From contig CAZBBK010000017.1 of the NCBI GenBank assembly GCA_964490075.1, forward strand, positions 62,001-85,058: 23,058 bases of DNA, in the 5' to 3' direction. The DNA is from an uncultured Gemmatimonadota bacterium (GTDB taxonomy: Bacteria; GCA-2686955). Below, one piece after another: positions 9,409 through 15,228 of this stretch. A program made the position numbers and the translations under genes. The notes under the pieces are model-generated. The model saw nothing but the letters and a program-made list of their open reading frames with translations. It was not told the DNA's origin and did not search any database. Every line of letters begins with the position of its first letter. Within the stretch, counting starts at the first letter, position 1.

Positions 9409-9708
9409 CTACCTCCGAACCGCCCTCTTGAATATGGCGAAATCGGCGATCTGAGTCACCGCGCAGAGCTCCCAGCCTTCGCGGCTGCGCTCTTCGAGCA
9501 TGGTCGCGAAGAGCTCTGGATGGCGACCGAGCGGCTTGATCGAGACCAGCTCGTGCTGGTACGTGATGTCCGGAACGGGAGTCTCCTCCTCCATGCCGGT
9601 GGTGGCGGGCGGGGAGAGTTCGGCGCGGGCCAGCGTGCCGACCAGGGCGGCGCCGGCGGCGAGGCCGGAGAGGAAGACCAACAGAGACGAGACGGAGAAG
9701 AAACGCAT
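9409..9708 (-). CDS. Small exported/membrane-anchored DUF4177-like protein
   Basis: ATG preceded by GGAG. Hydrophobic N-terminus, then 'YQHELV...LEERSREGWELCAV....IFKR', which resembles the DUF4177 pattern (L..lg.eGWELv....FKR). Confidence 0.65.
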   Translation of the reverse strand: MRFFSVSSLLVFLSGLAAGAALVGTLARAELSPPATTGMEEETPVPDITYQHELVSIKPLGRHPELFATMLEERSREGWELCAVTQIADFAIFKRAVRR

Positions 9709-9728
9709 GGACGAGCTCCAGAGAGCGA

Positions 9729-9895
9729 TCGGTTGGAGGGATAGGATGCCGAGAGGTGGTCCCCATTGTGACGCGAACGACGCTGGTCTTCGACCCGATG
9801 ATCACGACTTTCGGCGACCAACCGACCTTCTTGGGGGAGCGCGCTGTGCGAGAATGGCCGCGGCCGCGCCCCAGCGCTTCCCGAAGCCCCAAGAA
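9729..9895 (+). promoter_or_regulatory. Candidate structured leader or divergent regulatory region upstream of modA
   Basis: Nested inverted repeats: TCGGTTGG 9729-36 / CCAACCGA 9818-25; GCCGAGAG 9748-55 / CTTTCGGC 9808-15; TTCTTGGGG 9828-36 / CCCCAAGAA 9887-95, the last next to the AGGAG RBS. Confidence 0.3.
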
Positions 9896-9912
9896 CCAGG
9901 AGACGATACGCC

Positions 9913-10731
9913 GTGAATCACCGCGAAGCGTCGAGCAGCGCACCGAGCTCGGGACGCCTGGCGTGGCTGGCGATCGGCGTCGTGGCGGCGCTCGTGGCGC
10001 TGGCGCTGGCGGGGCTGCGGCGCGGTGGGGGCGACGAGGCCCTCTTCGTCTACGTGGGCGCCGGCTTCCGGCTGCCGGTCGAGGAGGCCGCCGGGCGCTT
10101 CCGCGAGCAGACCGGGATTCCGGTCGAGCTCTCGTTCGGCGGCTCGGGTTGCGTGCTGGCGCAGGCCTCACTCTCGCGGCGCGGTGACCTCTACATGCCG
10201 GGCGAGGAGTTCTTCATGGCGCAGGCGCGGCGGCGCGACATGATCGTCGCCGAGCGCCCGATCGCCCACATGTGGCCGGTAGTGCTGGTGCAGGAAGGCA
10301 ATCCGCTGGGGATCACCGGCCTGGACGACCTGCGACGCGCCGGCCTGCGGGTCGGACTGGGGGACCCGGAAGCGACCGCCTGCGGCATCGCGGCCGATGC
10401 TCTCCTGCAACGCCGCGGGCTGAAGGCCCCGGTCGCGGCCAACCAGATCATGGCGGCCTTGAACGTCAACGAGCTGGGCACCGCCGTGGCGCTCGAGGCG
10501 CTCGACGCGGCGATCGCCTGGGACGCCACCGCCGATCTCTTCGCGGCCGATGTCGACGTGGTGGCGATTCCTCCCGGTGTGGGCCGGCGCACCACGATCC
10601 CGCTGGGGATCCTGAGCTACTCCAAGCGGCCCGAGGCGGCGCGGCGCTTTCTCGAATTCATGGCCTCGCCCGAGGGCGGCGTGGCGGTGTTTCGCGAGCA
10701 CGGCTACGACGTATCGGATCGCACTTCGTGA
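9913..10731 (+). CDS. modA: Molybdate/tungstate ABC transporter substrate-binding protein (ModA3-like subgroup)
   Basis: GTG with AGGAG upstream. N-terminal anchor; 'YVGAGFRLPVEE', 'FGGSG', 'GDLYMPG', 'GNPLGITGLDDL', 'LGDPEA', 'DAAIAW', 'ARRFLEFM', 'FREHGY'. Confidence 0.85.
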   Translation: MNHREASSSAPSSGRLAWLAIGVVAALVALALAGLRRGGGDEALFVYVGAGFRLPVEEAAGRFREQTGIPVELSFGGSGCVLAQASLSRRGDLYMPGEEFFMAQARRRDMIVAERPIAHMWPVVLVQEGNPLGITGLDDLRRAGLRVGLGDPEATACGIAADALLQRRGLKAPVAANQIMAALNVNELGTAVALEALDAAIAWDATADLFAADVDVVAIPPGVGRRTTIPLGILSYSKRPEAARRFLEFMASPEGGVAVFREHGYDVSDRTS

Positions 10732-11510
10732 GTCGAGCTTTCCGGGTCGGAGCGCTCGGCATGCTGGCGACCTTCGCCACGATGGTGGCGATCCTGGTCG
10801 GATCCGACCTTCTCTACCTCAGCCCGGCGGTGCTCTGGCAGGAGCTGATTCGCGCCGAGACGCTCTTCGCGATCCGTCTCTCGCTGATCACCGCCACCAT
10901 CACCACGGTGTTGGCGATGGGAATCGGCGTACCAGCCGCCTACGCCCTGTCGCGCTTCAAGGTCCCCTGCGCCGGTCTGATCGACACCCTGATCGATCTG
11001 CCGATCGTGCTGCCACCGCTCTTGATCGGCTTCAGCCTGCTGATCGTCTACCAGACCGCCTTCGGCCACCTCCTGGTCGCCGGAGGGCTGGACCTGCGCT
11101 ACAGCGTGCCGGGCATCGTGCTGGCGCAGTTTCTGGTGGCGGCGGCGTTCGCGATCCGCACCCTGAAGGCGGCCTTCGATTCGATCGATCCGCGTCTGGA
11201 GCAGGTCGCCCGCACCTTGGGAGCATCGCCCGGCCGTTCCTTCCGGTGCATCGTGCTCCCGCTCGCCCGCCGTGGCATGGTGGCCGGCGCGGTCATGACC
11301 TGGGCGCGGGCGATCGGCGAGTTCGGCCCGATCCTGGTGTTCTGCGGAGCCACGCGCTGGCACACCGAGGTGCTGCCGATCGCCATCTGGCTCGACTTCT
11401 CGATCGGCCGGATCGAGGCGGCGATGGCGTTGGCGGTGATCATGCTCGCCATCAGCACGGCGAGCCTGGTGGCCTTCAAACGCCTCGGCGGGAAGGGCTA
11501 CCTGTGGTGA
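10728..11510 (+). CDS. modB: Molybdate ABC transporter permease
   Basis: GTGA overlap with the modA stop. 'FAIRLSLITA', 'GVPAAYALSR', 'DLPIVLPP', EAA-like 'LEQVARTLGAS', 'WARAIGEFG'. Confidence 0.88.
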   Translation: MSRAFRVGALGMLATFATMVAILVGSDLLYLSPAVLWQELIRAETLFAIRLSLITATITTVLAMGIGVPAAYALSRFKVPCAGLIDTLIDLPIVLPPLLIGFSLLIVYQTAFGHLLVAGGLDLRYSVPGIVLAQFLVAAAFAIRTLKAAFDSIDPRLEQVARTLGASPGRSFRCIVLPLARRGMVAGAVMTWARAIGEFGPILVFCGATRWHTEVLPIAIWLDFSIGRIEAAMALAVIMLAISTASLVAFKRLGGKGYLW

Positions 11511-11514
11511 GCCG

Positions 11515-12543
11515 ATGATCCGCGTGAGCGAGCTGAGCGCGACCGCCGGCGCCTTCCGCCTGCGCAAGATGTCGCTGGAACTGCCGAGCGGCGGCTACGG
11601 GGCCATCGTCGGGCCGACCGGGGCCGGCAAGACCGTGCTGATCGAAGCCATCGCCGGTCTACAACCCGTGGACTCCGGTAGCGTCGAGGTCGACGGGCGC
11701 GACCTGACCCGGGCGGCTCCCGAGGTCCGCCGCTTCGGCTACGTCCCGCAGGACCGCGCTCTTTTCCCCCACATGTCGGTAGCCCAGAACATCGTGTTCG
11801 GACTTGACCGAAGCCCACCGGACAAGTGGGAGCGAATGTCCGATCTCGTCCAACTGCTGGGCATTGGACACCTGTCCGAGCGTCGCCCGCGAACACTCTC
11901 CGGCGGGGAGGCGCAGCGGGTCGCGCTGGCGCGGGCCCTGGCCCCTGATCCTCCCGCGCTGCTTCTGGATGAACCGCTCACGGGGCTCGACCACGACACT
12001 CGCCGGGAGATGGTCGGGGTATTGGAGCTCATCCACCAATCGACCGGCGCCACAGTCCTCCACGTGACCCATGACCTGGACGAGGCGCTGGCGCTGGCCG
12101 ATCACCTGGGCGTCATTCGCGGTGGACAAGTCCTCGAGTGGGGATCGATCGACGCGGTCTTCGGCCACCCCCGGGACGAGCGAGTGGCACGCTCGGTGGG
12201 AATGGACAACCTCCTCGATGTCCAGATCCTGGGCCCAGGACGGATGCGCGTTGCGGGCCTCGAATTCCCTTGTCTCGAAGGGCTGTCATCGGGTTCTGCC
12301 CGGGTGGCGATTCGCGCCGGCGATGTGCTGATCACGAGCTCGGGGGACGAGCGCGGCCGACCGGCAACGGTTTCCGCCATGCGGCGCCGGAGCCGCGATA
12401 TCCTGGTGCGGCTGAGCGCCCACGCGGACGCCGAGATGGCGCTGCTCGCTTCCTGCTCACCGGCGCGCGCCCGCCAACTCGGGCTGCGGGTCGGCGGCGA
12501 GGTGCGCGTCCTCATCGAACCGGAAAGAATCCACCTGCTGTGA
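11515..12543 (+). CDS. modC: ABC transporter ATP-binding protein with C-terminal TOBE-like domain (ModC/WtpC-like)
   Basis: Walker A GPTGAGKT, Q-loop YVPQD, signature LSGGEAQR, Walker B LLLDEP, H-loop VTHD. C-terminal 'QLGLRVGGEVRVLI' is TOBE-like. Confidence 0.88.
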   Translation: MIRVSELSATAGAFRLRKMSLELPSGGYGAIVGPTGAGKTVLIEAIAGLQPVDSGSVEVDGRDLTRAAPEVRRFGYVPQDRALFPHMSVAQNIVFGLDRSPPDKWERMSDLVQLLGIGHLSERRPRTLSGGEAQRVALARALAPDPPALLLDEPLTGLDHDTRREMVGVLELIHQSTGATVLHVTHDLDEALALADHLGVIRGGQVLEWGSIDAVFGHPRDERVARSVGMDNLLDVQILGPGRMRVAGLEFPCLEGLSSGSARVAIRAGDVLITSSGDERGRPATVSAMRRRSRDILVRLSAHADAEMALLASCSPARARQLGLRVGGEVRVLIEPERIHLL

Positions 12544-12806
12544 TTATCGAGCTCGACTCCGCGCTGGCCGACCTGGCGGGCGGCAGCACATTCGAATACC
12601 GCCCGGCCGCCGGCGCGACGGCGGCGGACGCAGTCCAGTACCTGGCGGACGCCGTGGGCGGACGCTTCGCCGAGCGGGTGTATACGCCCGACGGGTGGCT
12701 GGCGATCATCGTCGCGGTGCAGGGCGAGGTGTCCGGCTCACCCGCAACACGCGACCTGGAGGGAGTGGAGCGGATTCTGCTCTTCAGTCCCCTGGCGGGA
12801 GGATGA
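12540..12806 (+). CDS. MoaD/ThiS-family ubiquitin-like sulfur carrier protein (88 aa)
   Basis: GTGA overlap with the modC stop. VIIELDSALADLAGG...GATAADAVQYL...IIVAVQGE...ILLFSPLAGG-stop gives a beta-grasp pattern and C-terminal diglycine. The E1-like gene follows directly. Confidence 0.8.
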   Translation: MIIELDSALADLAGGSTFEYRPAAGATAADAVQYLADAVGGRFAERVYTPDGWLAIIVAVQGEVSGSPATRDLEGVERILLFSPLAGG

Positions 12807-13546
12807 GGGTGACGATCGATCCGATGGAACGGGCCCGAGACCAGATGTTGCTGCCCGGGTTCGGCGCCGAGGGCCAGGCGCGCCTCGCGGCCGCGACCGT
12901 GCTCTGCGCGCGGATCGGCGGACTGGGCGGCCCGGCCGCGCTGGAGCTGGCCGCTGGCGGCGTGGGGCGGCTGCGCGTCGCCCACGGCGAGCCGATCAAG
13001 CCGGCCCACATGCACCGCATGATCGCCATGACCGATCAGGCGCTGGGCGAGCCGGGAATCGACTCGGGCATCGAGGGCCTGCGGCGCGTCAACGGCGACA
13101 TCGAGCTGCAGGCCCTTCCCTCCGACACGCGTAGCCTCGCGCATGCGATGGAGCTGGTGGAGGGCGTCGACGCGGTGCTCAGCGCTCCTCCGTCGATGGA
13201 GCAGCGGCTGTGGCTGAACGAGGCCGCGGTGCGCGCCGGCGTGCCCTTCGTCGATGCCGCGATGCACGGTTGGCTGGGGCAGGTGCTGGTGGTGCTGCCG
13301 GGCGAGACCGCCTGCCTGGCCTGCATCTGCGCCGCGCCCCCGGCGTTGCAGAAACCCTTCCCCGTGCTCGGCGCCACCTCTGCGGTGGCCGGCTGCCTGG
13401 CGGCCGCCGAGATCGTCAAGATCCTGGCACGGCTGCCCGGGGGCCCCGCCGGGCATCTGCTGCGCTTCGACCTGACAACCTGGAGTTTCCAGAGGCTCTC
13501 GGCCCCCAGAAAGGCCGACTGCCCGGTCTGCGCCCAGGCTTCGTGA
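12803..13546 (+). CDS. HesA/MoeB/ThiF family E1-like protein, HesA-like and divergent
   Basis: ATGA overlap with the previous stop. 'QMLLPGFGAEGQARL', 'IGGLGG', 'AAGGVGRL', 'LNEAAV..GVPFVDAAM', two CxxC zinc motifs (CLAC, CPVC), 'AAEIVKIL'. Confidence 0.87.
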   Translation: MRVTIDPMERARDQMLLPGFGAEGQARLAAATVLCARIGGLGGPAALELAAGGVGRLRVAHGEPIKPAHMHRMIAMTDQALGEPGIDSGIEGLRRVNGDIELQALPSDTRSLAHAMELVEGVDAVLSAPPSMEQRLWLNEAAVRAGVPFVDAAMHGWLGQVLVVLPGETACLACICAAPPALQKPFPVLGATSAVAGCLAAAEIVKILARLPGGPAGHLLRFDLTTWSFQRLSAPRKADCPVCAQAS

Positions 13547-15228
13547 CAGCGCTCGCCGCCTTGGTCGTGGCCGCGACCGCGGCGCTCTTCACGGTCTTCG
13601 GTCTGGGTGGCGGGATCGTCTACCTGCCCTTGATCTACGGGCTCGGGGCGTCGTACCGGGTGGCGGCCTCGACGGCCCTCTTGCTCAACGTGGTGGCGGG
13701 ATCGGCGGCGACCCTCGAGTACGTTCGCGGGCGGCGGATGATCGGCGCGGTGGTCTGGCCCGCCGCCCTGATCGGGGTCGCGGTCGCCCCCCTGGCCGCC
13801 TTCGAAGCCGGCCGCTCCGACGTCCGGTTGCTGCGCTGGGGCTTGGTGGCGCTGCTGGCCTTCGCGGCGCTGCGCTTCCTCACCCAGGGCGAGTCCGAAT
13901 CGCGGCCCGAGTCCGCACGGCGGCGGCGTCCTCCCAGATCGATCCTGCTGCTCACCGGCGTGGCGCTGGGTGCCGGCAACGGCGTGGTGGCGGGACTGCT
14001 GGGGATCGGCGGCGGCATCATCACCTCGCCTCTGCTGCTGGCGGCGGGCGTCTCCCCCGCCCGCACCGCGGCGACGACAGCGCCGATCGTGGTCGCCGCC
14101 TCCGCCGCCGGCTTCATCGGCCACCTCTCCTACGGAGTCGTCGACACCCGCTGGGCCCTGGCCTGCGTGCCGGCGGCGCTGATCGGTGGGGCGATCGGAT
14201 CACGGATCCACCGCATCGGGGGGCTGCGTCCCGAGCTCGTCAAGCGGGCTTTCGGCGCTCTGCTGGCGGCAGCCGCGGTGCTGGTCGGATCGATCACCGC
14301 GGGCCGCGCCGATCCCTACAACGTCGACCGTCTGTCGCATACCGTGCTCGGGATCCTGCGCCTGGCCGAGGGCGAGGGACCGGGCCTGTCGCCCCGGGCG
14401 GCCGAGCGGGTGCGCCCCGTGCTGGAGGCGCTGGTGCGCCTGCGCCGCGGCGGCACCCTGTCGCCGGAGGCCCAGGCCGCGTCGGCGGGAGTGCTGGACG
14501 GCTTCGCCGACGCGCTTCGCGATGCGCTGCCGGAGGAGCAACGCCGCTGGCTGGGCTCGACGCGCACCAGCGTTCGGGATCTGAGGGAGCTCTCGAGGGC
14601 CCCCTTCGATCTGGCCCCGGGCAGCCCAACGCCGCGCGTCCGCGACGTGCCGCCGCTCGACCTGCGCAGGATGCGTTGGTGGCGGACCGGCAACGCGGTG
14701 CGCCGCGTCGCCGAGGGCGGCGGCGGCAGCGCGATGGCGCTGAGCAACCGTCCGCCATGGGCGGCCGAGCTCGCGGAGCAGCTCCCGCTGCCGATCCGCC
14801 TCGACCGCACCAGCGGTGCGCTCCGCTTGCGATCCGATCTCGTCCCGGCCGACGCCGGTGGATCCGCGGTGGTCACGCTCTGGGTCGACGGGGACGGCGA
14901 TCGACGACTCGGCGCGGATGCCGATGTGGCCTTTCGGTGGCGCCGCTCCGCCGACGGAGGCGCTCCGGTCGGCGAGGCAGGACGCTACGTGGGACGCGTC
15001 GACGATCCCGATCTACTGGCCGACGATCAGAGCCTGTGGCGCTGGTCGCCCGCCGCGGAGCCTCTCCGCGTCGACCCGGAACGGGCGCGGCTGCTGGTCC
15101 GCCTGAGCCGTGGCAGCCCCGATGCTCCCCAGATCGGCCGCCCCAGCTGGCAATGGCCGCGCGCCACCTCGACGGTCCTCGACCCCGCCACCTGGGAGCC
15201 GGTCAGTCGTCTTCCTTCTCCGGATTGA
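13543..15228 (+). CDS. TauE/SafE (sulfite exporter, DUF81) family transporter fused to a ~305-aa unknown C-terminal domain
   Basis: GTGA overlap with the E1 stop. Two internal-repeat motifs 'FGLGGGIVYLP' and 'LLGIGGGIITSP', multiple TM segments to ~14310; the frame stays open to 15228. Confidence 0.8.
   Translation: MTALAALVVAATAALFTVFGLGGGIVYLPLIYGLGASYRVAASTALLLNVVAGSAATLEYVRGRRMIGAVVWPAALIGVAVAPLAAFEAGRSDVRLLRWGLVALLAFAALRFLTQGESESRPESARRRRPPRSILLLTGVALGAGNGVVAGLLGIGGGIITSPLLLAAGVSPARTAATTAPIVVAASAAGFIGHLSYGVVDTRWALACVPAALIGGAIGSRIHRIGGLRPELVKRAFGALLAAAAVLVGSITAGRADPYNVDRLSHTVLGILRLAEGEGPGLSPRAAERVRPVLEALVRLRRGGTLSPEAQAASAGVLDGFADALRDALPEEQRRWLGSTRTSVRDLRELSRAPFDLAPGSPTPRVRDVPPLDLRRMRWWRTGNAVRRVAEGGGGSAMALSNRPPWAAELAEQLPLPIRLDRTSGALRLRSDLVPADAGGSAVVTLWVDGDGDRRLGADADVAFRWRRSADGGAPVGEAGRYVGRVDDPDLLADDQSLWRWSPAAEPLRVDPERARLLVRLSRGSPDAPQIGRPSWQWPRATSTVLDPATWEPVSRLPSPD

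Noticed and set aside
10272-13542. Long N-terminal extensions of ORFs 10272..11510, 12138..12806, 12695..13546 and 13210..15228, suggesting fusions or frameshifts
   Set aside because: Each has a start codon overlapping the upstream stop (10728, 12540, 12803, 13543) exactly where family similarity begins.
10729-13546. TGA stops in the mod/Ubl/E1 operon as selenocysteine or readthrough sites
   Set aside because: They fall at the expected family C-termini (including the GG end) and form ordinary start/stop overlaps; TGA is the dominant stop in high-GC genomes.
12540-13546. Ubl + E1 as an antiphage ubiquitin-like conjugation system (Bil/CBASS type)
   Set aside because: No E2, JAB/DUB or nucleotidyltransferase gene is present and no E1 catalytic Cys is evident; the context is oxyanion transport.
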